A stretch of 64,000 nucleotides of DNA, taken from positions 300,776 to 364,775 of the forward strand of contig JBBTRF010000001.1 in NCBI GenBank assembly GCA_038065315.1, given 5' to 3'. A model generated the notes under the pieces. It was not told the DNA's origin, made no database searches, and saw nothing but the letters and a program-made list of their open reading frames with translations. The translations under genes were made by a program, and so were the position numbers. Shown in pieces: positions 9,451-18,127 of this stretch (the first letter of the stretch is position 1; each line of letters opens with the position of its first letter). This stretch comes from Patescibacteria group bacterium (GTDB lineage Bacteria > Patescibacteriota > Minisyncoccia > Phycocordibacterales > JBBTRF01).

Positions 9451-9653
9451 CCGCACAACAACCGGCACACCCAAAACCGTGCCTCAACAAAGCCATTCCA
9501 CGACACCCGCTACCACTCCTTCCGCCACTTGACTTTTACCTTTTTATATGCTATCATTCACACCAGAACAACCGGCGCCGAACAACTCAAAAAAAGCGCC
9601 AGAAACCCCTGCCCGAAGCGGCAAAACCGCTTCCCTGACAACCTAGCAAAACT

Positions 9654-11063
9654 ATGAAACACAAAATCCTCGGCGCGCTCACGATCTTCTTCGGACTGAG
9701 CTTCGTCATCCTCGCTTCGATCAATCACTTCGGCGGGTTCAAAAACCTGCCCGAGTTCCACATGCCGGACATTAGCATTTGGGACAAGCTACCTAACTGG
9801 TCGCTTCCCGATTGGAGTTCGCTGATGTGGACACTGGTGGCCATTGCCACCACACTGTGGCTCGTCTTCCTCGTCTTCGGAGCCTACGGGTTAGCGAAAC
9901 GAGGTAAGTTCTTCAAGTTTGCCAGTGAAAATGAACTTTTCACCTTCATCAACGGTGATGACGCACCTGTGAGATTCGTCTCCGGCGTGCGCGGCGTGTT
10001 TGTTGTCCAGCACGGACCTGACATTGGCGTAGTGAAAGAAATTCCTCCCAAGTCACTCCCTGCTGGAGCCACTGTCACCGAACGGGAACAGTGGGCAAAA
10101 GACACCGCGGACTACGAACAACATTACGAAGCATACCTCAAGGGTAACGCCTGGTGGCCAATGCGAATGCTGGAGAAGTGGCTTTTGATGCCAATGTTCA
10201 ATGCTTGGTGGATCGGGATTTATCCCTTCTTCCAACTACGGAAATACCCTCTCGCCTACAACAAATTGGTGAAGGACCCCGGAACAGCATCGGGAGGCAT
10301 CGACTACCACCTAACGCCGAAGATCGGCGAGGCGAAGTCAGTGTTCTACATCAGCACGCTAGGCATTTCGTTCACCGATCTCGAAAGTGCGGGACCGGAG
10401 AATCAAGTGATTCCAACGAAGCTCGTGCTCCTCGTGACCTTTCAGGCACGAAACATCCACAAAATGCAATACCGAGTCGGGAGCAATACCTGGGTCGATA
10501 TGGCAACTGGAGCCATTAAGGATGTCGTCCGCGAGCGTGTAGCGATGCATACCTACTTCGAACTCTTGCGCAACAAGTATCATGATTGCACGCCAGCCAC
10601 GGTGGGAAAAACTCCTCGTGGAGAAATCATTGATGGGGTGAAGGATATCGTCAACAACGGTAATGCCCACAACCCGTCACTGACCACCTCCGTTGGCGTT
10701 GAAGTCACTGAAATTCGCGTCTTAGACGTTGATCTCGGCAGCGAGATTGGCGCCCAGAGGGAGACACTGACAGCAGCAATGATGGCTGGCACGATTGCGG
10801 ACGCGAATGGCAAGGCCGCCGTGATAACCGCGACACACAAAGCGGCTGCGGACCTCGCAGAAGGCCAGGCCAAGAATCAAGTGCTCAGAGATCGGCTCCA
10901 AGCCTATACGCAAAACCCTGCTGCTACAGCAGGACTCTTCGCTGATTCAGTTGCCTCAATCGGCACGCTGGCACTCGGAGATGAAGCGGCGAAGCGGCTA
11001 CTGGTGACTGTCCCTGCGACACCACCACGGCCAACACCGCCGCCCACCCCGGCTCGTCCATAA
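9654..11063 (+). CDS. hypothetical membrane protein with Pro-rich C-terminal tail
   Basis: ATG start. N-terminal TM helices. The 469-aa protein ends in PATPPRPTPPPTPARP. No confident domain. Confidence 0.45.
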   Translation: MKHKILGALTIFFGLSFVILASINHFGGFKNLPEFHMPDISIWDKLPNWSLPDWSSLMWTLVAIATTLWLVFLVFGAYGLAKRGKFFKFASENELFTFINGDDAPVRFVSGVRGVFVVQHGPDIGVVKEIPPKSLPAGATVTEREQWAKDTADYEQHYEAYLKGNAWWPMRMLEKWLLMPMFNAWWIGIYPFFQLRKYPLAYNKLVKDPGTASGGIDYHLTPKIGEAKSVFYISTLGISFTDLESAGPENQVIPTKLVLLVTFQARNIHKMQYRVGSNTWVDMATGAIKDVVRERVAMHTYFELLRNKYHDCTPATVGKTPRGEIIDGVKDIVNNGNAHNPSLTTSVGVEVTEIRVLDVDLGSEIGAQRETLTAAMMAGTIADANGKAAVITATHKAAADLAEGQAKNQVLRDRLQAYTQNPAATAGLFADSVASIGTLALGDEAAKRLLVTVPATPPRPTPPPTPARP

Positions 11064-11086
11064 CAACGAAAGAAACGGAGTAATCT

Positions 11087-11794
11087 ATGAGCTACCTCAT
11101 TGTAATACTGGCAATCATCGCCGGCGGCATTGCCGTCTGGAAGACCATCGGGTGGGCAAATCCGAGTGGTGCCTCTACAGCCACTAACCCACCAACCACC
11201 GGAGCAAATCCTGCGACCGGCGGCACAGCAGGCGCTCCCGCTACACCCACCGCCGCCGACATCAGGGCCGCAGCAGAAGCAGCCATCAGGCAACGGGTGG
11301 AGCTACGAAAGATCCAACTCAAGACCGCCGGCCTAGTCTGGAAGTGGGTCTGGAGTATCGGACTCCTCGCAAGCCTCGGCTTCGGCATCTGGGCCATCTG
11401 GATCCGTCCGCAAGCGAATGGCCTCACACCCTCGCAAGAGTTCGTGGCCAGCTCCGGAGCATCGGTAACGCCGCCCAAGGTCTCATACACCTTCGCGGCA
11501 TACAAGTCGGGCTCGAACGAAGAAATTCGTTGCCGAGCCTGGGTGCTCAACGAAGTGCGCGGCGACCACCCACACATGTGGTTCAGCGTCGAGCGCTTCA
11601 TGCAAGGCCGGCCTGTCGTCGTCCTCTACAAGTGGGACGGCCGAAAGAAAGCCGGCACTTGGGAGGACGAAGGCGATCGCACCCGCGGCGAGTTCACGGG
11701 CGACATCGACCCACGAGATCCGAACCGGTTCGCCGGGGAGATCTTTGCGGAAGGCACCACCTTCCGCTACTTCCTTCAACGGAAGATCGAATAG
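11087..11794 (+). CDS. hypothetical membrane protein (two TM, Thr/Pro/Gly-rich linker)
   Basis: An RBS-like AAACGGAG sits before the ATG. No domain recognised. Confidence 0.45.
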   Translation: MSYLIVILAIIAGGIAVWKTIGWANPSGASTATNPPTTGANPATGGTAGAPATPTAADIRAAAEAAIRQRVELRKIQLKTAGLVWKWVWSIGLLASLGFGIWAIWIRPQANGLTPSQEFVASSGASVTPPKVSYTFAAYKSGSNEEIRCRAWVLNEVRGDHPHMWFSVERFMQGRPVVVLYKWDGRKKAGTWEDEGDRTRGEFTGDIDPRDPNRFAGEIFAEGTTFRYFLQRKIE

Positions 11795-11827
11795 TAGTGG
11801 TTGAGGCTCTACAGCCCCACCCCAACG

Positions 11828-11870
11828 CAAAGAGCGCGACACCCGGTTGGTGTTGCGCTCTTTTTTCTTT
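11828..11870. terminator. bidirectional terminator between convergent units
   Basis: AGAGCGCGACAC-ccggttgg-TGTTGCGCTCT, flanked by a T-tract on the + side. Confidence 0.55.
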
Positions 11871-11904
11871 GCCTTTATATTTTTTGCGGGATGGCCCGCA
11901 CTAC

Positions 11905-12162
11905 CTAGAACACTGAGACTCCGACCGTGGCGCCAATGAGACTCACAATGGCCTTGGCCGTCACCATGATCGCGAGACCGACAACCCCCCACGTCATGTG
12001 CCTCACCCCGAGTGCTCGCGCATCTTCATTGTCAGCGCCTCTCACGTATTGGAACACGCCCCAGAGGAAGACAAGGAAGGCGACGGCGTATGCCAGCTTC
12101 AGCACCGGATTGACCACTGCTTCTGCGAGCTTTGAAATCAATGAGTCGGTGGCGCTGGACAC
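11905..12162 (-). CDS. VirB2/TrbC-like (T4SS-type) pilin-like protein, short paralog P1 (no signal peptide)
   Basis: 85 aa, GTG start. Carries the conserved core FLWGVFQYVRGADNEDARA...WGVVGLAIMVTAKAIVSLI shared with four upstream paralogs. Confidence 0.5.
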   Translation of the reverse strand: MSSATDSLISKLAEAVVNPVLKLAYAVAFLVFLWGVFQYVRGADNEDARALGVRHMTWGVVGLAIMVTAKAIVSLIGATVGVSVF

Positions 12163-12183
12163 GGGATATATACAGTGACTGAA

Positions 12184-12564
12184 TTACTGGAGAGTGTCTA
12201 AGGTTGGTGCTGTCAGACCCTGTTCTTCTAAGTTAAACGTCTTTTTTAACAAAGTCACGAGTCCGTACACAGAGACCATCACGAAGATTCCGACAATACC
12301 GTACAAGATAGTGCTCTTCGCCTTTTCTTTCTTCTCCTCGTCGTCACCCATGATCACATACTGGAGTACCCCATAGAGGAAATACACAACGGCACAAGCA
12401 ATAAGAAAGGGTACTGCATAGTCTAGGAATGAACGGAATAATTGCGCAATGCCACCAAGACCTTGGGTTGTATTTTCAAAGTCGGTACTCACTGCCGCAA
12501 ACACCGAAATCGGAGCCATGAGAGCAGCCGCTGCTGCTGACATTCCGTAAAAAAGCTTTTTCAT
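12184..12564 (-). CDS. VirB2/TrbC-like pilin-like protein, paralog P2 (signal peptide)
   Basis: Starts at the internal ATG (MKKLFYGMSAAAAALMAPISVFAA), which reads as a signal peptide. Core: YFLYGVLQYVIMGDDEEKKEKAKSTILYGIVGIFVMVSVYGLVTLL. Confidence 0.6.
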   Translation of the reverse strand: MKKLFYGMSAAAAALMAPISVFAAVSTDFENTTQGLGGIAQLFRSFLDYAVPFLIACAVVYFLYGVLQYVIMGDDEEKKEKAKSTILYGIVGIFVMVSVYGLVTLLKKTFNLEEQGLTAPTLDTLQ

Positions 12565-12701
12565 ACGTAAAATTGAATAAACTGCTGATAATAAAGTAAT
12601 ACACTTCTTAAAGGCAAAGATATTACCTCCCGACATTATACCAGCCCCTAGAATGGCGACAAACCAAGGGTGTGGACAGGCAGACCGGAGCGCCGCGGCG
12701 G

Positions 12702-12965
12702 CTAGAACCCAACAAAAAAGGTATTGATCACCAAGCGCACCAATCCCCACACGGAAAACATCACGGCCAAGCCGATGATGCCGTAGATCATCATATCCCT
12801 GCCCTCTTTCACTTTGTCCTCACTGGCACCGGCCAAAATATACTTCTGTACACCATAGAGAAAGGCGACAATCGCGGTAGCAAACAATAGGGGTGCCAAA
12901 GTACCGCCAATAATGTCGTACAAGACATCGATGAAGTCTTTGAAATCGGTGACGCCGTTGAGCAT
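12702..12965 (-). CDS. VirB2/TrbC-like pilin-like protein, short paralog P3 (no signal peptide)
   Basis: 87 aa. Core: AFLYGVQKYILAGASEDKVKEGRDMMIYGIIGLAVMFSVWGLVRLV. Lies 5 nt after the stop of P4. Confidence 0.5.
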   Translation of the reverse strand: MLNGVTDFKDFIDVLYDIIGGTLAPLLFATAIVAFLYGVQKYILAGASEDKVKEGRDMMIYGIIGLAVMFSVWGLVRLVINTFFVGF

Positions 12966-12970
12966 GAATG

Positions 12971-13369
12971 TTAGATATTACTGACGCTCTTCACTGTATT
13001 CTCAATAATCCTCGCGATGATCTCCGCACTAAGCAGCACAGCAGTACCCACCGCCGCCCACTTGAGGGTGCCGTGCGCCTTGCCCACCTTTTCCTCATCA
13101 CCCTGCGCGGTCACATACAAAAAGCCGCCGTAGATGAAGTAGAGCACTGCGATGATGGCGCCGAGGCGACTCACCAGCTTTAGGATATCGGCAAGGAGAT
13201 CTTCGATAGAGTTTGCCTTGAGCGGATTGGAGAAACTGAGAGCTTCGTTTGTGACCGACGCATGGACCAATGGTACAGCAACAGTGAGAAGTACTCCGGC
13301 CACCAAACAATGCGCCATGAGTTTCTTGAAGATAGGTTTGAACTGCCTCGTGTGTGAGAAGTATTTCAT
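12971..13369 (-). CDS. VirB2/TrbC-like pilin-like protein, paralog P4 (signal peptide)
   Basis: 132 aa with an N-terminal signal/TM (LVAGVLLTVAVPLVHA). Core: YFIYGGFLYVTAQGDEEKVGKAHGTLKWAAVGTAVLLSAEII. Confidence 0.6.
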   Translation of the reverse strand: MKYFSHTRQFKPIFKKLMAHCLVAGVLLTVAVPLVHASVTNEALSFSNPLKANSIEDLLADILKLVSRLGAIIAVLYFIYGGFLYVTAQGDEEKVGKAHGTLKWAAVGTAVLLSAEIIARIIENTVKSVSNI

Positions 13370-13373
13370 GTCT

Positions 13374-13859
13374 CTATTTTATCTCAATTGTGTTCCCTTT
13401 CAAAATCGGGTAGCTCACCTGATTCAATAAGGCTTGCAATAAAGTCGTAACAATCAGCCACGCCGCCAAGATAATACAGAAGCCGATAGCGACGTTGGTA
13501 AAGATTGTATGCGCCTGCCCGACCTTCCCCTCATCGCCAGCGGAAGTCATATAGAGGTAGCCCGCATAGGAGAGGAGCAGGATAACGGCGGGGACGGAGA
13601 GGTAGAAGGCAAAATTGACCACATTCTTGGCGAGCAACACCACATCAGCGAAGGTACATTCGTGCGCCGCGGCGGTATTGTCGGGGTTATCAAAGTCACC
13701 ACAGACGATGAGGTTTGGCTTCTGAAGCCCGAAGAAACCGTTACTAGCTGCTGCGACAGGTGCCGGAATAAGGATGGCAGAGAACGACAGAAAGAGGAGC
13801 GCGGACAGCAAGCTCGAGAGGACGACTGAAGCGGCGATTTTTCTAAAAAAAGGGTGCAT
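13374..13859 (-). CDS. VirB2/TrbC-like pilin-like protein, paralog P5 (signal peptide, longest)
   Basis: 161 aa. Signal peptide AASVVLSSLLSALLFLSFSA, with two Cys in the ectodomain. Core: YAGYLYMTSAGDEGKVGQAHTIFTNVAIGFCIILAAWLIV. Confidence 0.55.
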   Translation of the reverse strand: MHPFFRKIAASVVLSSLLSALLFLSFSAILIPAPVAAASNGFFGLQKPNLIVCGDFDNPDNTAAAHECTFADVVLLAKNVVNFAFYLSVPAVILLLSYAGYLYMTSAGDEGKVGQAHTIFTNVAIGFCIILAAWLIVTTLLQALLNQVSYPILKGNTIEIK

Positions 13860-13863
13860 GTGT

Positions 13864-15162
13864 TTATCGTAGCAAAGCCTGGAGCTCTTGGGAGGCCGCG
13901 CTCACGGCCTCGCTTGGGCGATATTTGCCGGAAGTGACACTTTCGATCATGCGCTTGAAGATCGCACCAGTAGCGACTGGTTCAGGATCGATCCAGCTGC
14001 GAGCGATGAGAGAGGATCGGTACGATACGGCGAGAGCAGGGTCGGCCGGCGCCGTCGCGAGCAAGTCCCGACGCGACGGCGCGAACCCTGTCTGCTGAGC
14101 AAACGTACTGACAAATGTCTGATCAGCCAAGATAGAGAGCACCTGGAAAGCACCGACCGGATCCTTTCCCGCCTTCATCAAGGCCAAGCCATAGAGCTTG
14201 CCGTACACCATCGGCACCTTCACGTCGCGCGGTTGTGGCAAAGCGGTGATATCAAAATTGAGATTTGGATTCTTGCGAAGCAACGTCTCATTCTCGCTAG
14301 CGAAGGCAAAGTAGGTGGCAAGATTGCCGGCCAAAAAGAAGTTCTGCGCGTCACCGATGGCCCGATTCCATGTAAATGTCGTTTTCGAAGGGTTAGAAAA
14401 TTGCGTGTAGAAAGCCACTACAGAGACTGCTGGAATATCGGAGACTCCTTTAGGGCGATCAGACAACGTGCTAGAGAATGCACCATTCTGGTCAATCTTT
14501 GTAATAGGGGTTCCGGCCTGCAACAGCAGTGCTGAGAGGGTGTCTTTCGCATTCGAAATGTTTACCACCTCGCCAAACGGCACAGCGCTTTGGGTAATAT
14601 TGCCCGCCGCGTCTTTTTTGGTGAGCTGAGGTGCTAATGTGAGAAATTCATCCCAATGCTTTGGCGGATTGGCTAAACCAGCAGTGTTGAAGATGTCTTT
14701 GTTCCAATACATCACGAGCGGATCGCTCACGAAAGGCAGCGCCCAGACGCCGCCGGACATCTCATACAGGCGAGCCTGGTCACTAAAGGTATCTCGGAAG
14801 GTGCGGAGCGGCAGGCTCGCCTCCGGGATAGGCAAGATACGCCCCTGCTGGCGAAACAAGCTGGTGTGTGGAAGTAGCACCGCATCCGGACCGACCCCAG
14901 AAGCCAGAGCCTCGGTGAGTTCGCGATCAAAATCTTTCTCCTTCTTTTCGACATAATTGATAGCAAGCCGCTGTGGCAACACTTGATTTACCGTAGAAAC
15001 CACCTGAGCAAAATCACCTGCCGGCAAAGTACCCCACAAAGTGATCGCCATCAAGCCTTTGCTTGAAGAACCTTTAAATGTCGCAAACACCACCAAGGCC
15101 ACGAGCACCGCTCCGGCAAATATGCCGGTGAGGACGATCTGAAACGTGGTCATATTTTTCAT
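13864..15162 (-). CDS. extracellular solute-binding protein (ABC-type, family 1-like), TM-anchored, orphan
   Basis: N-terminal TM, then a ~400-aa periplasmic-binding-protein-like fold (WNKDIFNTAGL..., GNLATYFAFASEN). No permease or ATPase genes are adjacent. 4-nt gap to pilin P5. Confidence 0.65.
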   Translation of the reverse strand: MKNMTTFQIVLTGIFAGAVLVALVVFATFKGSSSKGLMAITLWGTLPAGDFAQVVSTVNQVLPQRLAINYVEKKEKDFDRELTEALASGVGPDAVLLPHTSLFRQQGRILPIPEASLPLRTFRDTFSDQARLYEMSGGVWALPFVSDPLVMYWNKDIFNTAGLANPPKHWDEFLTLAPQLTKKDAAGNITQSAVPFGEVVNISNAKDTLSALLLQAGTPITKIDQNGAFSSTLSDRPKGVSDIPAVSVVAFYTQFSNPSKTTFTWNRAIGDAQNFFLAGNLATYFAFASENETLLRKNPNLNFDITALPQPRDVKVPMVYGKLYGLALMKAGKDPVGAFQVLSILADQTFVSTFAQQTGFAPSRRDLLATAPADPALAVSYRSSLIARSWIDPEPVATGAIFKRMIESVTSGKYRPSEAVSAASQELQALLR

Positions 15163-15686
15163 ATTTTTGTGAAGATAAGCCCGTAATGATGATCCCCTGC
15201 CGAAATGCCGCGCACATGCTGAAAGCCATTTTGCACAAAAAGCTCTTTTGTCTTCGTCTCACTCACCACTTCCTGCACCGCCGGACCAATGCCGCCAAAA
15301 GATTCTTTCCAATCCACCACCGCGACCTTTCCACCTTTTTTCACAATCCGTCGCACCTCCGCGACCAGCCCAACCTTGTCGGCCGCTTGAAACAGCACGT
15401 TCGCCACAATCACGAAATCCACAAGTTCATCGCCAATATGGGTGCCGCCACGCTGCTCGATGTTACCCCAAAGATATTCGACATTCTTCAGGCCGGCATG
15501 TTCAGCATTGGCCTTGATCTTCGCGACTAAATCGCGCTGCACCTCCACCGCATACACCCGACCCTTCTCGCCCACTGCCTGTGCCGCTGGGATCGCATAC
15601 GCCCCGACGCCCGCTCCCAAATCCGCCACCTTCATTCCAGGCATCAACCCCAGCTGATCAGTATTTTTGTGCGGGTGGGAGAACAT
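15159..15686 (-). CDS. class I SAM-dependent methyltransferase
   Basis: SAM motif I VADLGAGVGAYAIP and motif post-I VYAVEV. 4-nt overlap with the downstream gene. Confidence 0.8.
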   Translation of the reverse strand: MFSHPHKNTDQLGLMPGMKVADLGAGVGAYAIPAAQAVGEKGRVYAVEVQRDLVAKIKANAEHAGLKNVEYLWGNIEQRGGTHIGDELVDFVIVANVLFQAADKVGLVAEVRRIVKKGGKVAVVDWKESFGGIGPAVQEVVSETKTKELFVQNGFQHVRGISAGDHHYGLIFTKI

Positions 15687-15710
15687 TGTTGGCTGTGGCC
15701 AGCGAATTAA

Positions 15711-17906
15711 CTACTGCTTCACACAAATGAAACTTCTTTCCAGTGCATCTACCACAACTTTTCTGGCACCGGTACATGTGCCATTGTTTAACACGGTCCT
15801 CCTTTGTGAGTCATTTGATTCAGCGGGGCCATTAAAGTTTGCACCTGTAGGATCCACTGCACACCCCCACGAGTCGGTAGCAAGAGAGACGGTATTAAAT
15901 TGGGTCATGGTTCCCTTGCGTGTCGCCGAACCACAGATAGTGCCCGCGGCCGCTGCGGGTGCAGCGGCGGTAACATTGTTCACTCCAGCAAATTTGAAGC
16001 CAGTTTGCTGACTTAAGTTCCTATCCCGACACCCATTTATCGCGTTGGTATACGACTGAGACAAACCGACTACATCATTGATCCAGGCTCCAGTGGTAGG
16101 ATGAAAATACACAGTGAGATGCGGACCGGCATCAGAATCGCTTGAGTAAATTCTTCTTCCTGGAGTTCCCCAAGAAACAGTGTTCACTCCTTGCGCATAC
16201 ATGATCACTTTTGAAGTATCTGATGCTGACTGACACAAGATCGCATCCGGCACATCGCCCATCATGCCCTGGCCCGGGCTCATTCCTACTGTCACCGCAC
16301 CCGTCCCACTCGCTGGAGATATCGTCACCCCAGTGCCCGCAATAATCTGGGACACTCCCGCTGAGGCAGTAACAGTGTTCACCCCAGCAGAAGAGCCCAC
16401 AAAAACATTATACGTCCCGGCCGGAACAGCACAAGCGGTTCCGTCATACGCATTACTAAATCTAACCTTTACCATATTAGGACTAACCACAGAAGCATCG
16501 ATCGAAGCGCAAGGAAGTGGGGCGGTGATAGGAGTGTAATTATTATAATAATTATTAGGCAGACTCACGCTTACAGAATCGCCGACACTTGCCCCAGTAA
16601 CGGTTATCGAGTCGGAAACATACGCACCTGTAGGTGCCACGTTGCGACTGGATGCGAGAGTTAGAACACCCTTCAATACTGATCCGCCACCCGATGTTGT
16701 ACTGCCTCCTCCGCACAATTTCCATGCAGTTGAACTAAGTGTCGGACTGTTTGTAGCTCCATTTACCACCTTGTAGTAATAGCCCGGTGGCACAAGGAAG
16801 GTGATCGAATTTCTATTGGTAGAAGTAAAAATCTCTTGAGAGACGAGAGTCGATGCACTAGAGACGCCGATATAACCAGCTAAGGCATTCTGACCGCTAA
16901 ATGACGTCTCGCTTGCGGTGGCAACCACTATCAGCTGAGTGCCGCTGGTGTTCTGGTAAGTGGTCCCACTCAGCATACTTGGACCACTCTGGTTAGTTGC
17001 CTGAAAAGGATTCGCGTCACAAGAACCGACAACCGCAGGACTTGAGGTGGTACCACCACTCACCCCTCCGAGAACATACACAAAGGTGTCGACAGGTCGC
17101 GTGGTGTTGCCGTATCCAGGGAAAGACGTGAACAAGCCGCCCTGAATCTTCACCGTGTGACTTCCAGCAGCAAGACTCACTCGGCTCGAGAGATTTACCG
17201 TACCGCAGTCTGCACCATTTGATTCACCTCGGAAAGCTTTCTTGTCCTTCTCGACACCATCAACGCGCATGTACACATTGAAAATGATGGCGCCGCAGAC
17301 GTTCACTGACGAAGTGATCACCACATCGGTCGGCCCGGCGAGGGTGAATGTGCTCTCCACGTAATTTGCACTATTATTTCCAAAATCTTGCGCGCTGTAG
17401 GCGAGTGGGCCGAGAATCGCGGTGTTTGCAGGAGTTCCAGAAGGGGTAGACGGCGCAGCTGGCAATGTCTGCCAGCTTGCGAGACCACTCGCATTCGAAG
17501 TGAGCACCTTACCAGCGCCTTGTGTGCCGTCGGCGAGAGTGAGACCTAAAGAACCGAAGGTGAGGAGTTTCATCGGTGAGCCGGCGACGAAGGTGACGGC
17601 TTTCGACACAAGGAGAGTGTCAGTCGAAAGCATCGTGGTACTTGCCAAGCCGAGCACATCAAACGTGCTCGTTATTGGACTCGGTGGACTCGGCAACACA
17701 GCCGTGGTCCCGAGAAATAACGGCCCAAACTTTCGCTGCATCAATGAGCTGATATTTATTGGAGCAGACGCATTGTTTGCCGGAGGGTTGGCTGGCGCCG
17801 GTGTCCAAGACGACTGAGCCGAGAGGCTAGTGACGCCGAATCCTACAACCAGCATCAGAATCGCGACTTTGGCGACGCCAAGGAGAGAAGCGAGAATATG
17901 TTTCAT
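15711..17906 (-). CDS. large secreted Ser/Thr/Gly-rich surface protein (731 aa after signal peptide)
   Basis: Starts at the internal ATG (MKHILASLLGVAKVAILMLVVGFGVTSLSA), a signal peptide. The body is extremely S/T/G/N-rich and low-complexity, with Cys in the C-terminal ~150 aa. It heads the co-oriented cluster. Confidence 0.55.
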   Translation of the reverse strand: MKHILASLLGVAKVAILMLVVGFGVTSLSAQSSWTPAPANPPANNASAPINISSLMQRKFGPLFLGTTAVLPSPPSPITSTFDVLGLASTTMLSTDTLLVSKAVTFVAGSPMKLLTFGSLGLTLADGTQGAGKVLTSNASGLASWQTLPAAPSTPSGTPANTAILGPLAYSAQDFGNNSANYVESTFTLAGPTDVVITSSVNVCGAIIFNVYMRVDGVEKDKKAFRGESNGADCGTVNLSSRVSLAAGSHTVKIQGGLFTSFPGYGNTTRPVDTFVYVLGGVSGGTTSSPAVVGSCDANPFQATNQSGPSMLSGTTYQNTSGTQLIVVATASETSFSGQNALAGYIGVSSASTLVSQEIFTSTNRNSITFLVPPGYYYKVVNGATNSPTLSSTAWKLCGGGSTTSGGGSVLKGVLTLASSRNVAPTGAYVSDSITVTGASVGDSVSVSLPNNYYNNYTPITAPLPCASIDASVVSPNMVKVRFSNAYDGTACAVPAGTYNVFVGSSAGVNTVTASAGVSQIIAGTGVTISPASGTGAVTVGMSPGQGMMGDVPDAILCQSASDTSKVIMYAQGVNTVSWGTPGRRIYSSDSDAGPHLTVYFHPTTGAWINDVVGLSQSYTNAINGCRDRNLSQQTGFKFAGVNNVTAAAPAAAAGTICGSATRKGTMTQFNTVSLATDSWGCAVDPTGANFNGPAESNDSQRRTVLNNGTCTGARKVVVDALERSFICVKQ

Positions 17907-18127
17907 AATGAAAATAAATGCAACGGATAATAGTACCCATTTAGTATACCACTGTTCATCTGAACCAAAATCACTTTCTGGGGATTGTAAAGTCCTTGGC
18001 ATTAGCCATTTTAAGCACGTGTGGATAACTATTGACTTTTTGCGCTTTTAGAGGTAATATCAAAAACAGCTTTGACAACTCACTGCAGTGCAGCTCAACC
18101 ACAACCCCCTGCCCATGGATTTGACTT

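Noticed and set aside
9654-11063. SPFH/band-7 assignment for the 469-aa membrane protein
   Set aside because: On closer reading it lacks the SPFH core pattern seen in the true SPFH gene at 26750. It is left as hypothetical.
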